Source of the DNA: the human T2T-CHM13v2.0 reference genome, Homo sapiens
Reading direction: 5' to 3' (one strand)
Length of the DNA stretch: 64,000 nt
Assembly: GCF_009914755.1 (NCBI RefSeq)
Contig: NC_060927.1
Positions 14,295 through 30,421 of the stretch are shown here, piece after piece. The notes beneath the pieces are model-generated. The model was not told where the DNA came from. It ran no database searches and saw only the letters and a list, made by a program, of their open reading frames with translations. Position 1 is the first letter of the stretch. Each line of letters starts with the position of its first letter. The position numbers and the translations under genes are program-made.

Positions 14295-16147
14295 GTTTAT
14301 TTAAAATATGAAATGAAGTATTGCAAACCTCACTATAACCACAGGAGACAATGTTATATCATGAATAGGCTCTTCCCAGATCTCCATATCTGTTTGTCTT
14401 CTTGGTGAATGGAAATGTGTATCTTCAGTTTGAATAGAGAAAGATAATGTGTGTGCGTGTTTTTTTTCTACTTCTTTGAGTATTTCCTCAAGACAATAAC
14501 TTTACTAGAGAAGTAACAATATAAATTTCCTTGGGCAATGGTGCTAAGGTGATTTATTTTATGTATACATTTATTTCATTATATATGTATGTATGTAAAA
14601 GCATTGTAATTAACTATTTTACCATTTCTTCTCTGCTGCTTCCCTTTAAACTGAAATTAGATGTGTAAATGTGTCTATTTGGTTCGCCAATATGTATGTC
14701 AATGGATCAATATTAGAGTAAAAAATAAATTCACATATGTTTCTTCTAAAGCCAAAAAATCTACTAACTTGCTGTGAATCCCAAGATATGTGATCTCCTG
14801 AATGTTTAAGAGTTCACTGAATGTTTCTTGTAATTTCATTCTAATAATATTCTAGCAATAGTTCTTTTGATCTAAATTAGACTTTTCCAATTTGCTATGC
14901 TTATTATATATTTGCATGTTTTTAAGAAGAATGATAAATAGGTTTATCTTGTGGTTTGATTTACTGAAAGATAAGCTTTACCAAGTAATTAGACATTGCA
15001 TGTCTAGTTTTTTAAGTGAATATAAAATATTAATTAACTGATTAACTTATTCCAACTCATATATACCTAGCCATACCTGGGGTTATATATGTTATTCAAG
15101 CTAGAAATAATTAAAACAACAAAGTTTCAATGTTTTACAAAATAATGTGTCAACTATGAAATACCAGAGAAATATGATGATAATATTAAGCAGCTTTGGA
15201 AATGTAACATATAAGAGCTTTACCCCAAGGAATGAAGACTCCTGAATATTCCTTGGGTTTTATGAGATAGAATATCCACTAATGCAATTACATCAATGCA
15301 ATGATGTAGTGAAGAGAGGAGAGTTTCCACAAACCAAGACTGCTGAAAATAATCACCATGAAAACATACAATGGAGTTTCAAAGCTGCAATTACCCAGTA
15401 TAGTAAGTATGCCTTGAGTGAATAAGAGGCTGAGGATAATTATTATTTATACATGTTTTAAGAATATATACTAATAATGGCTCATTTAGCCATATACACA
15501 AAGCAAATACAATTTCTAAATTATTTTCAGTCTCATATTAGTCTCCAAAATAGTTTATATGTTAGCTTTACAGGTATTTTTAAAAAATAATTCAGAGAAT
15601 GCCATTTGAAAAACAGAATTTGCATTGACTTTTTTCACACATTTTGAAACGTGCTCTCTCTCTTCCCCATCTGATGCCCTTCTTTTGGTGCGTTTGTCAT
15701 TTGAGTAAATGCACCAGGCATCAGTCTGTTGACTGTATATGCACAGTTTGCCACCAGCACAAATTCTTACATGAATTTAAATGAACATGAACAAAAATGA
15801 AAAGCAAAACCCAGCAAATAACTTTTAAGCCTGAGGAAGGATTCTGCCCACTTGCCTAAAGTCTTCGAGGACTACTTTGATTTATAGTTTTAGATCATGG
15901 GAATATGAGCCAGTATTTATCTTTGTGGCAGCTTTAAAATATAACTGCACTTTGAATGATAGAAACTTGGTATGTTTGTGTAGAAAGTGATTTTGTGGGC
16001 TGCCATTTTTTATCTTGGTATATTCTAGCTGCAAAATGCTTAACACTTTGGTTTGGCCCATTGATAATATTTCCACCTATTGTCACTATTTGTCAGTGAT
16101 ACATTTAAAATGGAGACTCAATAAATGCAGTCTGATTGTGAGTTGGG

Positions 16148-16149
<2 letters not shown>

Positions 16150-16191
<42 letters not shown>
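16150..16191. repeat. (CA)n microsatellite
   Basis: Direct reading; about 20 units. Confidence 0.97.
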
Positions 16192-16193
<2 letters not shown>

Positions 16194-16322
16194 GAGGGGA
16201 TTCTAGGTTTACCATATTCATTCTGGAGTTCTGATAATTCAGTCACCCATTCAACAATTTTTTATTGATCACCATGAGGTAGGCTGTGTACAAAGGTCTA
16301 GGGACATAAAAATGAAGAAAAC

Positions 16323-16720
<398 letters not shown>

Positions 16721-16789
16721 CTAACTCCAACTAATTATCTTGGCGTGGAACTTATTTATGTAAGTAGACAGGCTTTGCAGAAGCAGAGC

Positions 16790-16980
16790 TACAGGGTAGT
16801 TACCAGATAGACATGGAGTTAAACTCTGACTTTGACACTGAATAACTACAAGGCTTTAGAGTAGCCACAGCTCTGAGCTTTAGTCACATCTTCTGAATGG
16901 TGTGTGTAATATATATTGTTACAAATTTATTTTCATGTTTAAATAACATATAGAAAGCAGCTAATAGTAGCTATTGTTAG
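16790..16980 (+). mobile_element. MIR fragment
   Basis: agacatggagttaaactctgactttgacact...ctctgagctttagt; degenerate. Confidence 0.5.
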
Positions 16981-17074
16981 CACTATCGATATGGAAAAAA
17001 AAGATGGGCAAACTGTTTTTTCTTCTGAGCATATATAAATATTTTCCAAACAGTACATTTTTTTGAGCAACAAC

Positions 17075-17435
17075 TGCTATGGTTTGAATATTTGTGTCTG
17101 CCCCCCTCCAAATTCCAACATTGAAATGCTAACTCTCAAGATGATAGTCTTAAAGGTAAGGCCTTTGGGAGGTGAGTCAGTTAGAGGGTTAAGTCCTCAT
17201 AAACGGGATCAATGCCCTTATTAAAGATACCCCAGAGACCTCTTTCACTCTTTCTGCTATGTGAGGACACAGCTAGAAGATGACATCTATGAACCTGAAA
17301 GTGAACCCTCATCAGACACAAATTTGCCATTGCTTTGATTTCAGGTTTCCCAGGCTCTGGAAATATAAGAAATAGATTGTTATTGTTTATAAACTGCCCA
17401 GTTTATGGCATTTTTTATATACCATAAGAAACTAA
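17075..17435 (+). mobile_element. MaLR solo LTR (MLT1A/MST-like)
   Basis: Starts tgctatggtttgaatatttgtg; ggcctttgggaggtga; atgtgaggacacagc; ttgtttataaactgcccagtttatggcatttt. Confidence 0.85.
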
Positions 17436-18029
17436 ATAATTAATATGCAGACTGAGGTTTGATAGATCAAAGTGAATACAGAGTTAGACTTACTTGGCCT
17501 TTAGTATTCATACCATGAAGCCAAAGGAAGTTGTAAAGAAGACATCCTAGTGCAAAGCCACACAGTGCCAAGCACAGTGCCTCTAACAGCTTAGTCCAGG
17601 TACACCGAGCAGGCGGGTTACAACAGGTAATAGGCAAGAGGAGTAAGATCCAGGGACATAAAATTCTAACCAGGGAATTTGACGAGGATTCTGCAGAAGT
17701 TCTCTGAAAGCCTAGAGTATAGCCAGTAAAGCAGAAGCTGCTAAAGGCACCAAGCCAGCCTAGACAAAAAGAAAAACATAGTGAATTATTTGTTTACTAC
17801 ATATACTTTTCAAGTTTGTTGTTCTTCTATTCCTTGAAGATTTAATACCTACTTATTTGCTCTCAAGCTTGCCTGGCCAGCTATGGTGTATGATACTTAC
17901 TTACATTTTTAATATTCACCACTGTGTATAGAAAAAAAAAAGGATAAATAAGGCTGAAGTTCGCTGGTGTTCTGGAAAACAACCTTATAATAAAGCTTTT
18001 CTGGTAAACACTTTGGTATATTGAGAATT

Positions 18030-18205
18030 TACAGTGTCCTAAATATGCACTTCCCCTTGTCATTCTCACAATTATCCTAAATGGGAGACATTAGCAGTCA
18101 CCTAAAGATATGACCTATTGCTTTGAGAAGTTTTGCAACTTGCCCAAGATCACGTAGCTTGGAGGTTGCAGAGCCAAGGTTCAAGTCTAAGACTGTTTAA
18201 CTCTA
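18030..18205 (-). mobile_element. MIR
   Basis: cttgcccaagatcacgtagct...gcagagccaaggttcaagtctaagactgtttaactctaaag. Confidence 0.7.
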
Positions 18206-18270
18206 AAGTTTAAAATTATCTGTAGTTTCAAAAAAAATAAGTTTCACTTTTTGGAATTAGAAGTAAGATA

Positions 18271-18318
18271 ATTTATGAAGATAAATTTATAGACAACCTT
18301 CTAATGGCCATATCCAAA
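18271..18318 (+). repeat. 48-bp direct repeat, copy 1 (copy 2 at 20201-20248)
   Basis: atttatgaagataaatttatagacaaccttctaatggccatatccaaa; 44/48 identical to copy 2. Confidence 0.9.
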
Positions 18319-18449
18319 GGAGCACAAACAAGGACCGCTGTGTCAAGAGTATCAAAAACGTTCAGTGCTGTTTTATTTTCACCTGACAGAAAAATTATTC
18401 GGGAGAGTTAATTATTAGGATCAGTAGAGGGTCTGCCATGCATGTGAGT

Positions 18450-18690
18450 CGCTATAGTGCAGTCCACCCTCTGCAGTCTACCTGGGTCAAAGCATGATTG
18501 CTTCTTAATAGCTGTGTGACTGAGTAGAAGTGAGAAGGTACTTAGTTCCTCTATGCTTCTGTTTTCTCATGTTTAAGATGTGAATAGATACTAAAATAAC
18601 CTTTCTCATAGGGTTACTGTGAGAATTGCATGTGTCAATACATGCAGTCAGGTAAAAGAGTGTATGGCACAGAATGTGTCTAGTAAATGT
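18450..18690 (+). mobile_element. MIR
   Basis: cttaatagctgtgtgact...ctctatgcttctgttttctcatgtttaagatg...ctcatagggttactgtgagaatt. Confidence 0.8.
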
Positions 18691-18859
18691 TAACCTGAGT
18701 ATATATTTCCAGAAATTCAGAAATGAGATAATATCCAATGAAGAAAATATTACCTGATTATGTGCAGGCCCTGTATGTTCAAAGAGAGTTTCCAGTTCTT
18801 CATCCTACAGAGGACTAGCGTTGACCTTATACCAAAGTTGGCCAAGTGGGATTATCCAT

Positions 18860-19284
18860 TATAGTTCAACCCACTGAGTGCTGGACAGACTCATTTAGAC
18901 ATTTCAGAAACACCTTAGCTCAACCTGGCCAAACCTGAATTCGTTTCTTTTCCTGTGCCCTTTCTACTTCTGTGTTTTTTTCCTCACTGACTGGTACAGC
19001 AATATACCTCCTTACACAAGTTATAAATCAGTAAGTCACCCTTGATTTCTCAGACTTCCTGCATGCCCTCGTACAAAAAAATTACTAAGGCTTTCAACTT
19101 TTACTGCATGTCTTTAATCCTTCCTTTCCTTTCCAACTGTGCTTCTGTTTCACAAGTCCAGCTTTCCCTGGCTCTAGTCTTCTTTCATTCACACATGTCT
19201 TCTGTGTTGCTGCCAAAGTGTTATCTGAAAACACAATCTGACAATCATACTTCCCTACTTAAAATCTTTTGATACACATGCACA

Positions 19285-19321
<37 letters not shown>

Positions 19322-19690
19322 CCTCTCTCTCTCTCTCAGCACTCTCACACACCTTTCAGACAATTTCCTAAAGCCCTAAAACAATCATACAATGACTTTT
19401 ATAATCTGACTCTGACCTGTCCAGCCTTATCATTTATCGTTCCTTGCCTCATACTTCATCATGAGTTGGAATCTAACTGACTTGAATCCTCATGCCAACC
19501 CAGGCTAGTCTCACTTTTGTGTTTGCTGATGTTGTATCTTCTGTTTGGAATGCAGGTTCTTGGTGGCCAAAAAAGTCAGCCAAGTGGGTTTTGATAATTT
19601 CCAACTTAGTTTACATTCTCCTATCAGGGGAAGCTTTCCTTAACTATCTGCCTGATTAGTGAGTCTCTGCTACAAGCTCTCTGAAGATAT
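18860..19690 (+). mobile_element. L2 fragment, containing a (CA)n(CT)n tract at about 19275-19337
   Basis: acaccttagctcaacctggccaaacctgaattc; tgaaaacacaatctgacaatcatacttccctacttaaaatcttt; tcaggggaagctttccttaac. Confidence 0.7.
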
Positions 19691-19724
19691 AGTCCATAAC
19701 TAACTTCTCTGTATTCCTTAAATC

Positions 19725-19920
19725 AATGGCCCACCACCATATCCCATTGGAAAAATGTAGGAGGATTTTCAGTTGCCATAATGACTAGGAGGTGCTACAT
19801 GTGTTAAAGTAAATGGCCAGGGGAGGGGATCCTACATCTTGCATTGGTTGCGATAATCCCACAAATGGAAGAGCTGTCCTGCTCAAACTGCCAATAATAC
19901 TTCCCGTATGAAATTCTGCA
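19725..19920. mobile_element. MER20-like hAT DNA transposon
   Basis: ttttcagttgccataatgactaggaggtgctac...ggccagg...gagctgtcctgctcaaactgccaata. Confidence 0.55.
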
Positions 19921-20200
19921 TTATTCACATCATGAAGACAATCTATCTCAAGGGCTCAGAAGTAACTGGGTTTCACCATAGACTTGCCACGCTGGATCTC
20001 AAATAAGATGATCTTAGGCATGCATATGTTTAAACAGGTTCCCCGTAACTTTGATATTCATTTCTGCTTAAAAGCCACCATTATAGCCCTTTGTTTTTCC
20101 CTTTACCCTGGCTGACAGGAAGCTCAGACTTAGTTTCCAAGAGGACCAGTATCTCCACCCTCCTTTTGGGAGATATATTTATTCTTCAAGTCCCATATAG

Positions 20201-20248
20201 ATTTATGAAGAGAAATCTATAGACAGCCTTCTAACGGCCATATCCAAA
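20201..20248 (+). repeat. 48-bp direct repeat, copy 2
   Basis: atttatgaagagaaatctatagacagccttctaacggccatatccaaa. Confidence 0.9.
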
Positions 20249-20573
20249 CCTTAATGTTTATTCTGTGTCAACACTGTATTTTGAATATGCTCACGGTAAA
20301 ATTGCTAAGTAATAACATTAAGTACAATTAATTTTATTAAGAAATTGAGTGAGGATATTCATTGGGCCCACTATTGCTTCTCAGAGGTTTACTAACAGAA
20401 ATGAAGTGATTTGATTTTGAGCATTTCAGGGGATGAACTGCTTCATTTTCTGACTGAGAGGTAGGCAGAGGCAATGGAAGAGCAGCAGGAGCAGAAGACT
20501 CAGAATGGCCATTAGAACTTTTGGATATTTCCCCTATTAGGCTTACAGAAGAGGCCACAGAGGGGTCCTGTAG

Positions 20574-20793
20574 CAGGAGTTGAATAACTGGAGGATGAGC
20601 CAAATCTGACTCACACACAGCTTGTTTTTGTAAATAAAGTTTTATTGGAATATACTTACTGGCCTGTAGGTACTATCTATGGCTCCTTTTGTGCTACAGC
20701 AGAAGTCAAGTCGTTACAACAGAGACCTTATAGCCTGCAAGGCCTAAAATATTTACTATCTGGCCCTTGAAAGAAAAGGTTTGCCAACTCCTG
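20574..20793 (+). mobile_element. MER58A (hAT-Charlie) DNA transposon
   Basis: TIRs caggagttg / caactcctg; tttttgtaaataaagttttattggaa; gcctaaaatatttactatctggccctt. Confidence 0.85.
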
Positions 20794-22626
20794 CTCCTAA
20801 ACAATAGTTTTCGGCCAAAAGCCAATAGGTAACTAAGTGTTCAACATAGCACTCCTATGTTTTATTTAGCCGTGTTAGTACATTAAAATGAATTATCAGC
20901 TACCATCACCAGAATAAAATTCCAAAACATGGGATAGTTTTTTCCATGAGTGTTGTAACCTCAAACTGCAATTTTCACCATGGACTGCCAAAAATGTCCT
21001 CATCTTCTGGGAATACTTTATGATTTATTTTGTAGAAAAGCATTTATGAACCAGCCATTAATTCCTAAGCAATAATTATTTATGTGACAAAATTGCCTTT
21101 CCCTATTTGTGTAAGTTGGTTAGTATGTCTTTATCACATTCTCTCCAATTTTCAGTCATGTTTTGCTACATTTTCAGACAACCTTATTATTGTGGTATTA
21201 CCCACTAACCATTGGTAATTCACATTTTTAAATTGCTCTGTGTTGCTTACGGACTGCCATTACAGCCCATACTGCAGGCCAGTTATTGAGTCCTAATAGT
21301 GATACTAACATACCCACATGTAGACTTCATTTGGTTATATTATTGTCTGTGCACATACCCATAACAATGTAGGTTGGAATAAGTTAACTTTCAGAGAAGC
21401 AATGGGCATGCTTTTCATTTTACATAATGAATATTTAAATTTCTCCTATGTAAAAATCTGGTATTGGCACATATGATGAATTCTGAAGATTTAATAACTA
21501 TGAATACATTGTCTCCCATTGAAAAGTGGCTGAAAGGAGTTGCATATTCATATTTGCTAATTGTTGTATTCCAGATGCTACAACAATGCTTGGCATATAG
21601 GGATCCCATATAAATACATGTTGAATGATAGTTGAATTAAAAAACTATGCATTTTCATTTTATAACTTTTTCAAATAAGACAGGGAAACAAAGTGGCTAA
21701 ATACTCATATTTAATGAATGAATTTTTCATATTCTCTTCTTGGGCTTTATTTAGGTCTTTAGTGAAACTGTTGCCCATTCAAAATCAACCTGTGGTAAAG
21801 CAACTCTGCGTGGTGACCTTGAGGAGCAATGAACTGGAGGGATGCGGAAACTTGTTTAATTATTTTGTTAGTATAAATTATCAGACATAATATTCCTGAC
21901 CAAACACTTTCATTTCATTGCTTTTGATGCCAGATTTTACATCTTAGTTGTGACTTCTTGGAGAATGAAGATCACTTTTCAGGAATCTGATAAAAATCAA
22001 CAGACTTCTAAAAAGTAATAATAACTTTCTTTAAACTTTGAAATGAGAATCTCATAAAAGAGAGAATAAAAATTTATTATTGTTCCATTTGAACTTCATA
22101 TTTCTTGGGTTAATATTATCCAACTATACATCTAAAAATCCATCAAATTTTCAAATCTCTCTGCTTGCTCAAACCCTCACTCCCAGTTCTGCTGGAACAC
22201 TCTGTCTCAGCCCAAAATTGTTATTTTCTTTCCAGTGGCCTTGCCTTCAGGAAAATACTCCCTTTCTTTCAGTTGTATTCTGTGCATTTCTATATTGGGT
22301 TCATTTAAATCAGAATTAAGCTATCTTGTCTGAACTTAACCAAGAAAACAGTTTTGAGGCTTATAAGAACTTTCATGTATATGGAAAATGTACTTCTGTG
22401 AAATACGTTATACCTTCATGAGGTGCAAATTGTTGTTTATTTTTATCCTTTGGTTAAATCTTTCTATTTCCCTTAAACTACATTTGGGGCTATATATTGG
22501 AACATTTTTAAGTGCAAGTAAAATGAAATACATCATTAATTTTGAAACTAAGTTTTAAGCAGATTCTTTCAAAGTAATGACACCAGTGTAAGCATTAACA
22601 GAAAATGCGGAACAACTTAAATACTA

Positions 22627-24835
<2,209 letters not shown>

Positions 24836-24867
24836 CTATCCCTCCCCTTGTTCCCAAACCCCCCGAC

Positions 24868-25013
24868 AGGGATAGCATTAGGAGAAATACCTAACGTAGA
24901 TGGCGGGTTGATAGGTGCAGCAAACCACCATGGCACATATATACCTATGTAACAAACCTGCACTTTCTGCACATTTATCCCAGAACTTAAAGTATAATAA
25001 ATAAATAAATACA
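24868..25013 (+). mobile_element. L1PA 3' UTR end (non-inverted part of the same insertion)
   Basis: gggatagcattaggagaaatacctaacgtagatggcgggttgataggtgcagcaaaccaccatggcac...cagaacttaaagtataataa, (TAAA)n tail; right TSD taaatactgca 25014-25024. Confidence 0.93.
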
Positions 25014-26398
25014 TAAATACTGCAAAAACGCATGTAGCTGTCTTTTCTGTTTTGCATTCTTAAAACATTGTTAATTCCAATTTCTGTATTATACATTTCT
25101 GATTCACTGAATATGAAAACTCATACTAAAGCATAGTCAATTGGCTGTGATTTAGCCCATTGATGTAATGAGAATGGGTGCAGAAGAGAAATAGGAAGAA
25201 AATAATTACTGAAATACAGAATTTTGGCAGGATTGATAACAACTGATGTATACCAGAAAGAAAGTGAAAGATGAAATTCTACTGGACCAAAATAATCCTC
25301 TCGTTTTCTTAAGTGAAGAATGGAATATATCTCTAAAGTAACACCAGTAACAGTGGATATTCATTGTGGATTACTCAATAATTTTGATGCTTCCACAGTC
25401 TGAGGATATGAAGCTGTTTGCTTGGAACCTGGAGGGAAACAAAACACAAGAAAGATATGCATATATGATAAACTCTGTTGCCCTTCCAGTTGGGGACACC
25501 GTTAACTAATTAACTCTGCTCTTGTAACTGGCCAGCTGCTAGCCAGAGGCATGAGGGATGGTTTAATTTACTTTAAGAAGATAAAGCGTAGAATGAATTT
25601 GATCATGGTGATGCAGAAAGCAGTAATCAATCCTAAGGTAAGAAGGGAAAGAAATAATTTCTCATGTTTAAATGTGGGTAATTATTTAAGTACTCTGAGT
25701 TATCCGATCTATAATTCTCTATTAAGAGTCTTTCTGCTGAGCCTAAGTTATTACAATCTTCAAAGCATTATAGTTTGGACTGTATAATTCCATAGGAATT
25801 AAGTAATACAGAAAGAGGAAGACAATTAATGAATTTTTAGGGTGAATGATGGGTAAGAATAAATCCACGGCAAACATTTGTCTCACTGACATATGTATTT
25901 CAATGGATTCACTTTTAGATCGTTATTATTTGTCCATCCTAATTGATGATAGTCCAGTTGGGGCTTAAGGGATTTTACAATAATAATTATGATTCATCTG
26001 GCACTCTAGTAAACTTTTTCAATAAACTTTTCATACCATTTGAAATATGGAGTAGTTAATATATGCTTTCTTCGAGGAAATGCAAATAGTACATTCATTC
26101 ATCTCCACATATAGGCTAAATTGATAGAACAGACATTCTGGAAAGGTAAAGATAGATTTTAAAATATATTAAATATGCTGTATTACTAAAAATACCTTCT
26201 ACTTTAACATGAGATTTTCTAAAATAATAATGTATGTTAGAAAATACTATTTTCTAGTATAGTACAGTATGTTAAAAATAGTACGTAGTAGAGAGATATT
26301 TTATAAGTACTGGGGCAATAGGTGTGGTACTTACTCAATTTAAATGCAGTCACAAATATAAATGTATCTGCATGTGTGTGTTTATTGACCTGTCGAAA

Positions 26399-26446
26399 CG
26401 TGTGTGTATATATGTGTGTGTATGTGTGTGTGTGTGTGTGTGTATA
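26399..26446. repeat. (TG)n/(TA)n compound microsatellite
   Basis: Direct reading. Confidence 0.95.
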
Positions 26447-26679
26447 TTTTTTCATAAATATTTGTGAGTAAAGGATTGAGAGGATATATGAAAATTAAAG
26501 GAGATCAAGAGGAAGAGAAAAATTATGTTTCAAAGATTACTTGAAAGGAAATATTTGAAGCAATAAACATTGATAATAAAAGACATTGACAGGTACAATG
26601 AATAATTTGTAGATATGGCTTTAGGTGAAAATCATTTTGGGGGAATACATTTAACATACACATAACATACACATGGCAT

Positions 26680-26900
26680 GACTGAAAAGACATGAGATTT
26701 GAAAACAGACGTAGTTTTGTTTGTGTTTTTTCAGCCCCACTACTTTATGCTGATTGATTAGACAAGTTACTTAAATTTTTGGCCCCAGAAATCATTGGCA
26801 AAAGGGGATTAATAACACCTATCTTTTAGCATTGTTGTGTAGATTCAACTGCAAAGAATATATAAGGATATAGACAGATATTCAATAAATGGTGGTCATT
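26680..26900 (+). mobile_element. MIR fragment
   Basis: gacaagttacttaa...aataacacctatcttttagcattgttgtgtagattcaa...ttcaataaatggtgg. Confidence 0.55.
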
Positions 26901-28802
26901 TCCAAGGATAAAACCTTGTATTTAAGTAATTAAGTTGTATAAAAATCATATGATTTTTAAGACTACTGAAACTAGTAGCTTCATACTTTAAGAAGTTTTT
27001 GAGTTTTGCATAGTTTTAACAAGGAGTATGCCACCAAAAAAAATTTTCCCATATTTCTGATCTTAATCTGATTTTTCTACTTTCTTACTCCTAAAATGTA
27101 TAGCTACATCTGACATGAGTCTCCATATTAGATAACCTCATGGTTATATATTAGTTTCTTTTTAAGATTTTGTATAAAAATTCAGTTATCATATTTCCCT
27201 TAAACTACCGCACATAGTGTTACTTGCAGAATTTTTGGTTTGGCCTCCATTCCCATTTCCATTCCCCTTAGGGAGCATACTACCAGAGAAACTAAATAAT
27301 AACCATGATTCTCATATTTTTCACAGGTTAGAAATAAATATTACAGCAGTTTCTGTGAAAAAAATTTACAAGTCTGAAATGATGTGACTTTTCATCCACT
27401 TGATTTCACAATTTACCAATTGCCTTACATTACTAGAGTCCTTTCTAGATGTTATATGAAGCCAATAGGACAGCAGTGGACAGCAGGCTGTGGCTTAACA
27501 TGGGGCTTTTCCTTCTGTGCCCGAAATCTTTGTAAAATTATGTTAGCAGTGTGAAGGGGGTGGATAGTTTCATACCATTAGGATTTTTTTTTTTTTACAT
27601 ATGAAAATGAGAGAAAGGTAAAAGACCTATACAACCAAATCCAAATGTTGATTTTCTTATTAACAATTTCAAGACAAAGTAATCATTATGAATTCAAGAA
27701 TGAAAAAGTATCGTTATTTGCTCCAGACAAGAGAAAAGAGAAAGGGAAGAGAAATACCACTCCATGCAAATTATCTGTCTGGTTTCTTTCACATCAGTGT
27801 CTGTCATAATCAGGAGTCATAAGCTTTTGGATATGCGGAAATGAATTTATTAGTGGATACTCTCCTTCTTTTCAACTCTCCAGATATGGAACATACTGAC
27901 CCTTCTTTCTTTTCCATTATCTTCTCTCTGGAGAAGTTACAGCTATGTATGTATGTCCACATGCTTATGACCTAAATATTCAATAATTGAAACCCTGTAT
28001 GCAAGTCTGGCATGACTCTCTTCTTTGCAGATTTGGCTTTTATAATTGAGACAAAATGACACATGCCTGTACTCATTTCTATATTAGTTTGGCATTGTTT
28101 CTGCCTGTTGTTGGCTTTATTAAAGGCCTTTCCTGTGGCAGTCTCCTCTTTTGTTTCCCCATGAAGCCGGTGCTCATTTCAACTCGCAGGGTGTGCTCAG
28201 CAGCTGCCAGACCAGATGCTCCACTGCTGGATATTTTGTCTGATTTGAGTCTAGGGACATGGTCAAACTACTCTGGAAATATTTAGTTTATCCAGATGCT
28301 GCAACCTTCAGCTAGCTGTCAGTTGTGACAAATTTGTTCCATTCTTAATGCTGCAGATACTATAATGTGCAAATACTTTTCAGACTCATAAATTTTGAAA
28401 TTTTATGCTTTTCTCCTTTATTTTCTACTTTATTTTCTGCTTTTATATTAAATAATTCCTTTATCATACTTAATTTTGAACTGGTTTTTCTAATTTCTTA
28501 AAATGAGAATTAAGTTCCTATGTAAACTATACGTGAACTAAACTATAAACATAGGTTCCACTGTGTTCCAAAAGTTTCATTGTTACATATTTTACTTTTC
28601 ATTGCATTCTAGATGCTGTTGATTTGCTCTGTGATACAAAGTTATTTGAGAATCAGTTAATTTTGTTCATTATTTTATTATTAATTTCTAATTGGATATG
28701 TTAAATAGATAAATAATATGGTCAATAAGAATCTAGTTATACTTTTTACAAGGTTCCCCTTGTGGCCACATGTATAGAATATTTTGTAAAATGCTTACAT
28801 GG

Positions 28803-28824
28803 TGTGTGTGTGTGTGTTTGTGTA

Positions 28825-28857
<33 letters not shown>

Positions 28858-28868
28858 GTGTATGTGTT
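28803..28868. repeat. (TG)n imperfect microsatellite
   Basis: Direct reading. Confidence 0.95.
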
Positions 28869-29047
28869 CTCCAAGGAACGTAATTCTCTCTCTAACTGAA
28901 CTTTATTATTAAACTGTTAAATTCCTGTATGTTCTTACAATTTTTGACTTTCAGAATTTGTCCAATTCTGAAAGATGTACATCTCTTGTGTAATGCTATT
29001 TATGAATTCTATCATGAATGTCAAATACATGTTTACTTTGCCTTTAG

Positions 29048-29394
<347 letters not shown>

Positions 29395-30103
29395 GTATTT
29401 ATTTCTTTAATGTTTATTCATTACATAATATATACCTTCCATCTTTATTGCTTCTAGTTTAACATTTTTATATGAATTTGTTTCTCTGCCTTTAATTTGC
29501 TGGCGTCTATTTGCTTATTTTCACAAATCCTTAATTTTTTTAAGATTTTTTTGATAAAAAACATATTGCTAGGATTTCATTCTCTTTATATCCAATTCAA
29601 ACATCTTTGATTTCAATACAATAATTTATCTATTTTCTTTTAGTGTAAAAATGTATATGTTTTATTTTTCTTCCAGCTTACTCAATGTTCATTAAAATAT
29701 TTACCTCATGATTTTGGGGTTTTCTTCTATTTTCTGATTTTATGTGCCCATCCAACATTATTACACACACTTTTTTATTTTCTTAAACATTTTGAGATCC
29801 TTTGGTAAAAAGTACATTGCTACATTAATGATGAAAATGATGCTATTTTACATATTCCTTTTTCAAAGTATTATTTTATATTATCTCATTTATCTTATTT
29901 ATTTTACCTATATAAGGCAAATACCATTAGAAAAATGTACTTAGATAAAACTACTACCGAGTGCCAGGGTGACTTATGAATTCCTTCACAGGTGGACATT
30001 CCTCCTACACAAACTCTTATCTTCTGAAAAAGAATCCATACTCATTTTGTCTCCAGACACCTCCAATGATCTGAGTCTCTGTTCTTATATAAAAATCCAA
30101 AGC

Positions 30104-30421
<318 letters not shown>

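Larger units (their letters stand above)
12890..14306 (+). mobile_element. Old L1M (L1MB/MC-like) ORF2 end and 3' UTR, interrupted by a FLAM and a MER85
   Basis: agccacagactgggagaaaatatt; aatatccatcaacaagtgaatgaataaacaa; atgattccatttatatgaaa; gatggaaatgttcta. Confidence 0.85.
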
